Position numbers and translations under genes: made by a program. 64,000 bases of DNA from Sminthopsis crassicaudata (taxonomy: Eukaryota). This document shows positions 52,051 through 64,000 of this stretch, piece by piece. The number at the start of each line of letters is the position of its first letter. Position 1 is the stretch's first letter. The notes beneath the pieces are model-generated. The model was not told the DNA's origin. It saw nothing but the letters and a program-made list of their open reading frames with translations, and ran no database searches. The DNA is taken from positions 122,427,105 through 122,491,104 of the forward strand of contig NC_133618.1 in assembly GCF_048593235.1 (NCBI RefSeq), in the 5' to 3' direction.

Positions 52051-52895
52051 AAAGATGATCTATTTAAGTGTCTATTATAAACCGTGATTTAGGAACTGAA
52101 GAATAATGAGACAAAAATGAAGTGGATCTTACCTTCAAAGATCTACATTCTATTAGAGGATAATGATTTTTTTTACCTGCCTACTTTATCATAGGGAAGC
52201 CACTTCTACTTCTAGGAGCCTTATTTTCCTCAGATGTAAAATGGGGAGATAATATTGTTATAAAGATCAGTCATTGAATTAGCAAACATTTATTACATGC
52301 CTTCTAGGCACCAAGTACTTTGGAAGATGTTAGGATGTAAGGATAAAAATGAAACAGTCCCTGTTCTCAAGGAACTTAAATAAGATAGTATATGGGAGAA
52401 TAACTTACAGAACTCTGAAGTGGGATTGAGTTCCACACGTATTTATTAAATGCTCTCTGTGTTTAGATGAGACATTTTAGTCTAATGGGGAATAAAATAC
52501 AAACTCATAACAGATACATGTACCTGAGAGTGCATTAAATTATATGTGACAGGTTGTACAAATTCCTTCCTTCACAAGGGTCATCTGTAGAGAGAGAATT
52601 GCCTGGAAGCACTGAGGTACCTATTTTGACCATGGACACACAGTTAATACATGTCAAAGATAGGACCTGAATCCAATTCTTCCATACTCCAAGGAACCAT
52701 TCCATCTCTATCTGCACAATTCTGATAACTAGCAACTGAGAATTTCATGTCATAGGATCATAAATTAAAAACTGGAAGGATTCTTCTTCAAGAATATAGA
52801 GTCCAATTTCCTAATCTGACAGATCCGGAAACTGAGGCTAAAAGAAATTAAGTGATTTGCTCATAGTTGTATGAGCAAAGATTTGAAATCAAGTC

Positions 52896-53005
52896 TGTTA
52901 GGTTCTTACTAGGTGCTAAGTCGGTACTTAACAATTCTCTAGCTCAGGGTTCACACCTTAGTTCACACCTTTAAAAGGACAAGTTCATTGGTTGTAAGTA
53001 GTTCC
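52896..53005 (+). mobile_element. Truncated 5' fragment of an LTR related to 8879-9384
   Basis: Start tgttaggttcttactaggtgctaa and ttagttcacacctttaaa...cattggtt match the 5' part of the 8879 LTR. Confidence 0.55.
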
Positions 53006-53325
53006 CACAATCTAGAGACTAGAACTTTACACAAGTCTTGCAGCCACTGTCATATATGCATGTATATGTAGAATGTGTATTTATATGTGTATATGTATCA
53101 AACATATTATGTGTTTAGAATTTGCAAAATAAATGCATAATAGTGATAAGTGTCACTTATTTTAGCAAGGAATAAATTATTTTTATCTTCATTGAATATG
53201 AAAAAGCAAGAGTAATGTATAAATTAATTTTATATTGTTTTAGTATGTATGATAGATATTGTTTATATGTTTATATACATGGATTTTCTTCTGAGTTGCC
53301 CTCTAACTCAAGAACCAATGCATAC

Positions 53326-53447
53326 CTGTCATGATCACAGCAGGGTCTTCTACCTTGGGCCTGATGAGGTTTACACCAATCACAGTGGCCAGATTGTCCA
53401 CACACATCTTATTAATTGCACTGTTCAACTGGATTTCATGTAGGAAC
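53326..53447 (-). CDS. ARHGAP25: ARHGAP25 coding exon (FLHEIQLNSAINKMCVDNLATVIGVNLIRPKVEDPAVIMT); 122 bp
   Basis: Acceptor ttttatcag|G, donor G|gtatgc; RhoGAP NKM..NLA motif; phases 2/1 fit the neighbours. Confidence 0.96.
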
Positions 53448-54063
53448 CTGATAAAAAATATATTCCACAGGGGAAATTGATAAATGAAAGCCCTCATGTT
53501 TTCTACAAAATTCTGGGGAATAATCCAATTTCCTCTGAGTCTCTGCAACATAGCCAGTCTTCCCCAGTCCTTTGTCAGACAGTATCAGGACAGTAACAGA
53601 TGTGAGGGATTGAGCTCACCATTGATAGATTTAATCTCACTAATGAAAAGTTCAAGAGCCTCTAGTCCTAATTCAGAATCTTCTGGGAGTACCAGCACAC
53701 AGAGAAGGAACTCAAACACAGAGAAAAAGAAAGACAAGAGTGTCTTAACTGATCTCCCATCTACTGTTATAATCTCCATCCCTCCTCCATCTCCCCGCCC
53801 TTTCTTAGCAGCTCTCATATTTCCAAATCGAGAAATGAAAATGAACAAAAGTTTGTTTTGTTGGAGGAGACAGTGAGGGAAAATTAAGAAGGAGGGGTCA
53901 CAGAGATTAGAGACTCGATTTGAGAATGCTTAATCAATCTGACCCAGATCATCTGAAGCATTTGGTATATAAAGCACTTATATAAATATAAGTATTTAAT
54001 ACCATATGTATTAAGTAACATAGATTAAAAATATGGTAATATCAATTACTAATATATTATTAA

Positions 54064-54305
54064 GGGAATCTAGATGGTGAAATAGAGAGAGAACTAGACC
54101 TGGAATCAGGAAGATTCATCTTCCTGAGTTCAAATCCCACCTCAGACACTAACTAGTTCTGTGATCCTGGACAACTCATTTAATCCTGTTTAGCCTCAGT
54201 TTTGTCATCTGTCAAGGAAATAGCAAACCAGTCCTATATCTTTGCCAAGAAAACCCTGAATGGGATCACAAAGAGTCAAACAACTGAGAAATGACTGAAT
54301 AACAA
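54064..54305 (+). mobile_element. MAR1-type CORE-SINE, intronic
   Basis: tRNA head, CORE, and tail tttgccaagaaaaccc...gactgaataacaa. Confidence 0.72.
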
Positions 54306-55093
54306 TATATTATTAAGTATTATAGTTTACATACTCTGTGGACTGAAGACAAGAACTCTTGAAATTCACTATGAACTCTAAAATGATTCCTCAAGGGAAA
54401 AAGTGAAATAATCCTTACTTCAGGAAATTTTAAAATAAGGTCACAATTTGTCAGAACATAGGATCATAGAGCTAGAAATGGAAAGACATTAAAGGTTATC
54501 TAGTCCAACTTCCTAATTTCACAGACCAAAAATTTGAGGTCAAAAGAATGAAGTAACTAGCCCTATCTCATATAGATGGTAAGTGGCAAGGATGGGATTT
54601 GAATCCAGGACTTCTATTCTGAATCCGTTGTCATAGAAATGAAGCAGATCCTCTCTGGTTTCTGGTTTCTGACATTGCCTCTCAAACCCAGGACGCTGTC
54701 TTTGGATCTAAGCCTTGTGAGTAGCATTAAGGCAAAGTGTACAAGGGAAGGCGTACTCACAACCAATTAGCTCAACAAAACCGCACAGAATCTTGGAATG
54801 GAAAGGAACCTTAAAAACCACTTAGTTCAATCCCTGTTTACATTTGGATCCTTCTCTATTACAACCTTGACATATAGCCTGTGCTAGAAGGCTTCCATTG
54901 GTAGAGAATTCATGTGAGATCACGGAGAATAAATCTGGTCCTTTCTGGATTGTGGCCCCCAAACATTTCAAACTGATACTGCCGGCCCTTTTATTAACAA
55001 AAGTGTTTCCTGTTGGTCTCATTGATCAGGAATATGACAGGAGGGTTCTATTTTTGAATATTCATTTCCCAGACAAATCAGCAGAATACATAC

Positions 55094-55167
55094 CTACAGA
55101 TGTAACTCAAAAGGTTATAATTGTCTCTGGGAAGATTGGAAATCTGCTTCATCAACTCCTGGTGTGC
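55094..55167 (-). CDS. ARHGAP25: ARHGAP25 coding exon (AHQELMKQISNLPRDNYNLLSYICR); 74 bp, absent from the ORF track
   Basis: Manual reverse-complement translation; acceptor ctgtctag|GCA, donor AG|gtatgt. Confidence 0.95.
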
Positions 55168-58100
55168 CTAGACAGAATTAAAATGAACAATGGTAAATAT
55201 GTATGTGTAGAAGTACTTACATATGTATATATAATGTATATACACACAAATATAAACATAAATAAAATTTTAATATATTTCATGGACTCAAGGCAAAGAC
55301 TCTTGAGATTCACTATGAATGATTCCCCAAGGGAGAGAGCAAAATAATCATTACTCCAGGAATTGTCAAGATAAGGTCACAAGCTGTCAGAGTTGTGAAC
55401 ATTCTCGAAGGAAAGTTTAAGAGGATCATAGAGCTGGAATGGGAGGGTCATCTCATCCAAAGCTTCTTAAATTGTGAGATTCACAGCCCCTTACTGGGTC
55501 TCATAAAAATGTGGAGGGTCATAAAATTATGAGTTATCATCAGTAAATGTTTGGTTTGTATATCTATTTTATATTCCTATGTAACCAGAATCACATAAAA
55601 ATTTCTCAGGCAAAAAGGGATCACAAGTGGAAAAAGTTTAAGAAGCTCTGCTCTAGTTTATTTTCCTAACTTTAGAAAAGAAAAAACTGAGACTATGTGT
55701 ATGTGTATGTGTTTTGTGTGTTTGTGTGTGTGTGTGTGTGTGTCCCAAATCCCATGTTACAATAGTTCCCATTTTGAGGTTCCAAGAAAATGTAAGCTCT
55801 TTGGGGGGGAAGAGAAGAGGGGTGTTTGGTTTTTTACTTTGTATCCCAGTGTCCAGCACAGAGTAGACATCTCATAAACACAGATTCAATTGAATTGATG
55901 GGCAGAGTGGTATAATCAGGAAGACTAGACTGGGTAAAATCCTGGCACTGAAAACAATAGCCAAGTCCTCTTTATCTGAAAAATGAGGTTAGACTAAATG
56001 ACCTCTTGGGTGTTTTCCACCTTTAAATTTGTGATCCTATGATTCTATGATCTCTGATTTGTTGATTAAATCCAATTAATCATCCAACATGTGAGTTAAT
56101 CACACACAATCACACTCCTACTTTTGCATCATCTGCAATTTCATGTGCTTCATCCAAGACATTGATTTAAAAAATTCAATACCAAGCCTTTTATAAACCT
56201 TATAAGCATCATATAATAGTCTGCTACACCAAGAGATCTTGAGTTTGAATTTCTACTCTGAAAATCACCAATTGTTACCCCAGCATTAAAAAAAAAAACA
56301 AACTTTGCACTACATACCTCACAGGTCTGCTATGAAGAAAGTGTTTTGCAAACCTTCAAAGAGCTACAACAAAGAGTCACTTTGGTCATAGGCAAATTAC
56401 TTACCCTTGGTAAACTGTATCTTTTCCTAGTATTTCAAAGGGATGATAATATCTGAATCATATTACTCACAGGTTTGTGTTTTTTTTTTTAATTCCAAAT
56501 GAACTAATATGTAAGAAATGGCCCCTAAAAGATAATTTAGGTCACCAAATGCAAGTAACTGTATTTGCAAATTAACTAAATGCAAAATAGTTTTATTATT
56601 AAATGAATGGGGAAAATGAATGAAAGTTGTTTCCTCATAATTTCTTAAGCTTTGCTTCATGCAGGAAATGAAAAACAAACTTGTATGGTTCAATGAATAA
56701 AAAGTACTTCTAGGAAATTTCTAGGACCTCCAAAAAGCATTTTTTCCACAAGAGTTTCGTGACATAATTAATAGAAATGAAAGATCTTTGGATATGATCA
56801 AATTGGGAGTTGAATTTCAGCTTTGCTCCTCACTTCCTTAGTAGCCTGAAGCAAATGACCTCCCTTCCGTCCTTAAATTTCTTCACCTATAAGATGGTAG
56901 AGTTGCAGATGAATTCCACAGTCCCTTCTAGCTAAGTCTGTGATTATTCACTAAGACAGTAAAACAAAATAAAACAAACAAACAAACAAAAAAACAGCCA
57001 TGAAAATTCAACGTTCTGTTTAATCTAGCTGTCTTGAAAACTCTTTTTTGATGGTAAAACAGAGGATTAGAATCCAAGACTCAGGTTCCTTCTACTTTAC
57101 CTTGTAGTAACCAAAATCTTGTTATGGGGACTAGTATCAAAATGAACCCACAAAATGAAAGGGGGAAAAAACTAACAAATTTGCTTATTCTACCTTTGGG
57201 TAAACTTAGTTTTTAAAAAGCGTGGGGGAAGAGGGAGAAAGGAGAGAGATAGATGTCTGTGGTTACTTTGTTAATCTGACTACAATGAATTTATTGTTGC
57301 TCATGGGCAGATTAGTGAAAAGCATTCCTCAAAGATCAAAAAAACCCAGCCCTTTGCCTGTGAAAAACCACAGCTTGTTCTCTCTTACCTCCAGCTGTTC
57401 CTTTCACTTCTCAAAGAGCAATAATTTTAAAATGTCACATCATAGATTATAGGATTATAACACATGGATTAGAGACCTTAAAAGTTATCTAGTTCTATCC
57501 CCTTATTTAATAGCTAAGGAAACTGAGAGACCTAAACCCAAGATGGCAAAGTTAGTACTAGGCCCCAGGATTCCTGACTCAGCCCCGTGTTCTATTCACT
57601 GGAATGGAGTTGTCCATTTAACAAAAGGCCCCTGTTCTCCCCACTTTAACTTCATTCTACCCCTTCAAATGGTAAGAAGCCAAAGTAATTCTGTTTCCCT
57701 TGACTAAGCTGGAGGCTGTGAGCACCCCTATTAAACGCACGCAGTTGCAATAGTCACAATTAAAATGAGAAGTATTTTCCTCTAAGACAAAAATAGTTGG
57801 TAGTGAGCATTGGGTGGGGTGATGCAGTGATGCAGAGGAGAATGCAACTTCCAGGGTCCCCCAATGTTATAAGATAGTTCCTGAACTTGCCCTTGGATGG
57901 AGCTGGAGAAAGAAGGGAAGACAGACTGTGATAGGTCTTGGGGAGGGGAGACAGCTGTACTTCTGATCAGAGTGAGCTGGTGAAGAAGGAAAAGGTGAGG
58001 AAGCACCAGCCCTTAAGATGTCAGCATGAAGAAATACAAGAGACACTTGATAGAGGTCTTCAAGTCGATGTAATACTCCAGATGGTAAGAGAGGAATTAG

Positions 58101-58986
58101 ATTAGTTCAACTGGATCCCAGAGGGAAAAACAAAGGAATGAAGTTGAAAAGAAGCAGGTTTTGGCTCTGTATGAGGAAAAGCTACTTGACAAATTCATCC
58201 CATTTTAATTTAGAGTTCAGCTAAGCATCACATTCATAGTGGATCATATGTAATCTATATCAAATTGCTTACCATTTTAGGAAGAGAGGAGGGGACAGAG
58301 AGAAGGAGAAAAATTTGAAACTCAAAATTTTGTGAAATGAATGTAAAAAAATGTCTTTCCACATAATTGAGGAAAAAGATAAAATACTATTTTAAAACAT
58401 TTCACAGGGGATCAGCACTAAGCTTAGAGGCAAAGAGTTCAGATTCTCCTTCAGACACTTATCAGTGGTGTGACCTTTAGAAAAAAGCTTATGCCCTCTC
58501 AGCCCTAATGTCCCCATCTGTAAAAATGATAAAGTTGAACTCGATGACCTCTAAAGTCCTATGATTTTATCATCTCTTAGATTTAATGCTCTCAATAAAA
58601 CTTTTTACTGAAGGGAAGGAAATATTCTTTTTGTATCGTTTTTCAAAAAATTTTACTTTCTAGAATTCTATAGAAAAATTATTACAAATGTATACAGATC
58701 TGTATATGCATATAGATAGGTGTAAATGTGTTTGTGCAAATATAGAGAGATATTTTCATACAATCATAAAATCTGGAGCCAGGAAGACTAATCTTTTGGC
58801 TTTAAAAACAGGTAAGAGAGGATACCCATGGTCATACAAGTATAAATAGCTGCTACTTTGTGCTAAATAGAATTTTTTAAGAACTTGAATTAGGACTAAT
58901 TTTGGCAATATTTGTCACCTAGAATAATTCCCAGTAAAGAAATTACTTTCTGAGCAAAAAAGCCCAGACTCAGGGCACAATAATAC

Positions 58987-59119
58987 CTTTGATTCATCTG
59001 CATTCATAAGTTTGCCACACAGCAGAAATCCCTCATATTGACTCCAGGGCACCACAGGGACAGGGAGTTCTCGAAGGTAGAGCTTCAACAAGGAGGCCAC
59101 GGTATGCACATCTGTGTCT
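58987..59119 (-). CDS. ARHGAP25: ARHGAP25 coding exon ([19 protein letters not shown]...NADESK); 133 bp
   Basis: Acceptor ttatcttgcag|A, donor AAG|gtatta; phase matches the previous exon; RhoGAP core motif. Confidence 0.96.
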
Positions 59120-59364
59120 CTGCAAGATAACAGGTAACCTTGGCTTTAAGGGAAATATTTAATTTCACATCTCAGCATCATAGAATACTAGAGATAGAAG
59201 GAACTATCTAGACTATAGAACATGGACTTTCAAAGCTAGAAGATCCCTTAGAACAAAGAGTCTGCAATGTTACAGCTAAAGGTTACCATAAAGACCATCT
59301 GCTCTGGCTTCCTTATTTTGATTTCTATTGTAACAGCAAGATTTTTTTTTTAAAAAATGAACCT

Positions 59365-59507
59365 GAGAACAGCTAGATGTCACAGTAGATAAAACACCAG
59401 CCCTGAAGTCAGGAGGACCTGAGTTCAAATTTGACCTCAGACACTTAACCCTTCCTAGCTGTGTGATCCTGGGCAAGTCACTTAACCCCAGCCTCAGGAA
59501 AAAAAAT
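59365..59507 (+). mobile_element. WSINE1-type SINE, more diverged
   Basis: Same body ending aaccccagcctcaggaaaaaaaa; no clear TSD. Confidence 0.8.
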
Positions 59508-61426
59508 TATATATATCCACCTCACATGGAACAAGACATGGTGATCAATGTATAATGGTCTTAATGAGGTCTAATAAAATATCAATATACTAACTACATG
59601 GTCCAGAAAACCATTCAAATGTTTTTCTGCCATTTCTGCCATTTACAAGGCAAAAGACTACCAAAAATTAAATATATGGTTCTCCTTGGTTATCAGCATT
59701 CACTAGTGAACTCATAAGACATCATTTGTGCAATGTGACAAAAAGATTATGAAGTTCATACTTACTAAGCTCTCACATTTGCAAAAGAAGATACTCCAAT
59801 AGTTTAGCATTATATGAAGTATATGATGGACAAAATTAGGAATCAGCAGACCTAAGTCCTTGTCTTGGCTCTGCCATGAAGTTCTATTTGCTTTTAGATA
59901 ATAATGTCTCATTTCTATGACACTTTAGTGTTTACAAAATGCTTTCCTCCCAACAATCCTGTGAAGTAGCTAGCAGAAATATAACTTATTCTTATTTTAC
60001 AGATTAAGAAATTGATCCTTAGCAAATGTCTCATCCATGGATCATGTAGCTAACTAGACAGTCTCAGAGCCAGGATTTATATGCAGGGCTTCTAGCTCCA
60101 AATCCACTCCTCTTTTTATTATACATCTGCTCAAGTCACACACCTACTTCTCCAGGCCTCTCTAAGCCTTTGTCCTTATTTATAAAATGAGGGGAATAAA
60201 TTAATGATTCTCCATAGTCCCATCTAATTTTAATTAGGTCCTACAGACAAATAAGGATGATCTTGTGGACAAAGAATGAGCCTTTCTATTCATTCTTACA
60301 TCCAGGGGGCATTGTCCAATTAGGCAGAAGGCTAAAATCTGGTAAGGATTTAAGACAGCATGAATTCCACTGACATTTTTTAAGTTTCCATCATACTGGA
60401 ATGCCCTTTACTTATCTAAATTTTACTGCCTGTATTCCAAGGCCCAGCTCAAATCCCACTTCTTCCATATCTCTGGTTCCTCATTTCAGAAATGAAGACA
60501 GATGATTTCAAAGGCCACATCCAGATCTTCTGGGATCCTTCCCTGACTAAATCAGACCATATTCTTACAGAAGGGAAAGCCCTTCTCTAAACTTCAGTGG
60601 TACCAAGCCAGAACCACTCCATCTGGTGCCACATTATTCTTTAATTCCATCCTGAGTTAATCTCATCTCTCCAGCTTTGAATACTTTTCCCCAAAGGGAG
60701 GAGATGGGGCACCAGGCCAGTGATTGGAAGTGAGTTAACAGAGCCCCAGGGGAAAAACTCTCCTCAGGAAGGAAGATGTGGTCTCTGAATCATGATCAGA
60801 GAGAATAAACAAGAATCCATGCCAGGTCAAGCATAGAGTAGGCAGGGTAGTCAAATCCAGGGGCTAAGCAGGAGAGGGAAAGGGGCTTCTGAAGCACTGA
60901 CCTAAAACCAGAGAACAGAAGTTGGGACAACTCCTTCAAGGATACCATTTTGTAACAGTAACTCACATTTTTAGTTTATGACATTTCACTCACATTAGCC
61001 TGTGGGGCAGGTTTTATGAATGAGGAAGCTGTCCCAAGTGAAGGAAAGTGATTTGTGGGTAGTCATAAAGCTGGTCAGGGGCCAAACTAAGATTTAAACA
61101 TAGTCTCCATCCCACCACACTATCAAAGTCTCATGCAATTTCTGGGCCAAAAATTTTCTTGTGCAAAAATAGCATCCTTTCATAACAATGGCATGCTAAC
61201 CTAGTATCTCAATGATTCTGCATTAGTAATCCCATGGCACCAGACACACAACTAAATTTTAAGTTGTTCAATGTCTTGATAAATAGTTGGCTAACTGATT
61301 GATTAAAATAGGCCTGAGCTATTCAATTTATCTTCTTAACTACTTATTGGAAAAGTAATGTAATCCTAGAGAGGTGCAAGATTTATTTTCTAGGACTGTT
61401 AAAAAGATAGTGAGACTCCAATAAAG

Positions 61427-61800
61427 CAGTAATGAATTGAACCAGCTACACCCAGCAAAAGAACTCTGGGAGATGACTATGAACCACTACACAGAATTCC
61501 CAATCCCTCTATTTTTGTCCACCTGCATTTTTGATTTTCTTCACAGGCTAATGGTACACTATTTCAAAGTCCAATTCTTTTTGAACAGCAAAATAACTGT
61601 CTGGACATGTATACTAATATTGTATTTAATTTATACTTTAACATATGTAACATGTATTGGTCAACCTGCCATCTGGGGGAGGGGGTTGAGGGAAGGAGGG
61701 GAAAAATTGGAACAAAAGGTTTGGCAATTGTCAATGCTGAAAAATTACCCTTGCATATAACTTGTAAATAAAAAGCTATAATAAATTTAAAAAAATAAAA
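61427..61800 (+). mobile_element. 5'-truncated LINE-1 3'UTR, intronic
   Basis: Collinear with 490-1008; possible short TSD aataaag. Confidence 0.82.
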
Positions 61801-63280
61801 AATAAAGACAACCTGAGGATGAGTGTCTAGGGCAACTGATTTATTATTTTTTTAATATCCAGAATATAACTTTACAAGTCATAGAAAGCCAAAAGAGAGA
61901 GAGAGATAGTGAAACTATCTTGGAGAAGGAGCTTAGGCTGGGTGTCAAGAATTAAGTTCTGGTCTCTAATTCTGGTTCTGATAGTAACTTGCTGTTTGAC
62001 TTTAGATATATCACTTTATAAAATAATAGGCTGAAATAAACCCTACATATCATGTAGTCCAATTCTCTTGTTTTATAGATAAGGAACCTGAATTCAAAAT
62101 AAGTTAAGTGACTTGTCCAAGATCACAAGGTTTAAAAATAAGATTTGAGCTAATGTCCTCTAAATAGATCTATCCAGTAAGAGCAATCACCACAAAGTCC
62201 TCAATCTATAGCACCAATTCTAGCATAAGAACAATGATCTAGGACAATTACTGATCTATTTCCTAGTTCAGTGAAAAAAGTAGTGCATTTGGGTCAAAAG
62301 ATCTATGGTTGGGATTCTAATTCTGCCAGAAATAGTTGTATGATCTTAGGAAAAGCATTTCCTTTCTCTGGGTCCCTTCTGTTAAATGAAGATGTCAAAT
62401 TATCTCAATCAATAAATATTTATTAGGGGACTGCTATGCTAGGGGAGGTAATATGCTAAACTCTAGGGACACAGAAAGAGGCAAAAGATAATTTCTGCCC
62501 TCAAGGAGATTACAATTTAATGGAAGTGTTTCCAATTTAATTCATTACTAATCTATATGATCTCTAAGATTGTTTTCAGTTCTGAATCTTGCAAATTTAA
62601 CCTAGAGTTGGAGATTTTTTTCCTGTTCCCATGCATAATTCTTGCCTCCAAGACAAGATTAGGTCTTTTACCAATACTTTTCATCCAAAAGGATGAACCT
62701 CATATAATCTGTAGACTAGGAGATGGATTCTGCCCAAGAGTACAGTCTGCTTTTCTAGACAAACTGGTGATTTATTGCTCTGCACACCCATCAAAAACAG
62801 AGGATTTAAACTTTTAGTATTTAGAAACAAAAACACTGAGAGACCTAGAAAAGACACACCTATGTTTGACTATCTCCATGCTTTTGTTCTACCTGATTTA
62901 TATCTACAATTTCCTCCCTCTCCTTCATCACTAGCTGAATTCCTACTTGCTCTTTAAAGATCAAATGAAATAACCCCCTCCTCCAGGGAGCCTTCCCTAA
63001 GGCCCCTCTTCTCCAAGTCAAAAACAACCTTCTTCCATGGAATTCATGCTTTGCATTTCTTTATTGTCTCAATTTCTTTATTTATAAAATAAGAGTATTG
63101 GACTAAATGATATTTACATTCCAACAAAGAAAAGCTCCCTAATCTGCCATTTGGGTTCTTCAAGGTCTGATATCACCCTATAGTTTCCCTCTTCTTTCAT
63201 ATTACTTAAAACAAGTAGTACACAGAAGCTCCTTCTCCTGATCCAAGTACATATGAGCATTCAGGAAAGGTTAGACTTAC

Positions 63281-63488
63281 GGTTCAAAAGAAGGTCTCTC
63301 CCCAGCGTCAAAGGCATCCCTCAGCTTTTTTACCAAGTTGTCCTGTCCAGGCAGTCGGAAGATACCTTCCTCATTCAGGCCGTGTTCTCTGATGAATTCC
63401 ATGCACTTCTCCACCAGGATGGGCACTAAGTAATGCCCGAATTTTTGTTCATATGCCACAGTCTCATCCAGCCGCTGACCAAATACCA
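63281..63488 (-). CDS. ARHGAP25: ARHGAP25 coding exon, RhoGAP N-part with arginine finger ([17 protein letters not shown]...[11 protein letters not shown]...GERPSFE); 208 bp
   Basis: Translation matches ARHGAP25 as recalled, not ARHGAP22/24. Acceptor ctctctttag|TG, donor CC|gtaagt; 2+68 codons+2. Upstream exons lie beyond the window. Confidence 0.96.
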
Positions 63489-64000
63489 CTAAAGAGAGAA
63501 AAGCCAAAAATGGGACCTCCCCAACAGTTCCAAAACCAGCTGGCCCCGGTTTCCTCTCAATAAATTGGTCACCTTGCTATGTCAATTTTATCTACCCCCT
63601 CCCAAATGCCAGTAGATTCTGGATCTAGCAGGAACTTGAGAGATGATCTAGTTCAATATCTCTATTTTATATTTGAGGAAACTGGGACCCAAAGAGGGGA
63701 CAAAATTCCCTAAAGACGGCAAAAGTCAATCAATAAAACTAATAAACATTTATTAAGCACCTATGATATGCCAGGCACTAAGCAAATCTTGGTACCTACA
63801 CAGGTAGCAAGCAAGCAAACCAGGTCCCTTAATTCAAATTCCAATTCTCTTTTCTCTTCTCTATACCCCATCTCATGGTGCCTTGTATAGGCTCTTAACC
63901 TTTTTAATATCACGAATATCTTTAGCAGTCTAGGGAAGCCTACGGATCTACCTCAAAATGATGTTTTTAAATGCACAAAATAAAACAAATACTATTACAA

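Noticed and set aside
53484-53876. 130-aa plus-strand ORF and overlapping 87-aa minus-strand ORF
   Set aside because: Intronic, low-complexity, no recognisable family; probably a decayed repeat.
1-64000. CRISPR arrays, operons or other prokaryotic systems
   Set aside because: Mammalian genomic DNA; no regularly spaced repeat-spacer structure seen.

Overview
This is marsupial nuclear DNA, most likely dasyurid (Tasmanian devil-like), judged from WSINE1-type SINEs, MAR1 SINEs, marsupial L1 3' ends and an OC1-like hAT. The right third holds the last seven coding exons of ARHGAP25 on the minus strand (63488 to 42999; RhoGAP domain, Ser-rich linker, coiled coil, stop), all with GT-AG sites and consistent phases. 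Positions 1 to ~42.9 kb are repeat-rich intergenic DNA with two N gaps. The most unusual part is a mosaic at ~15.1-22.2 kb. Two collinear pieces of one beta-like ERV pol are separated by a mitochondrial insertion (control-region end, tRNA-Phe, ~745 nt of 12S rRNA), which directly abuts an orphan 3' half of a V1R receptor pseudogene. A near-full-length OC1-like hAT transposon sits in the RT piece. There are also three solo LTRs with TSDs, an ERV1 env-tail+LTR remnant, and several young SINE/L1 insertions. All family assignments are by eye and from memory; no database search was run. I found no convincing new functional system.
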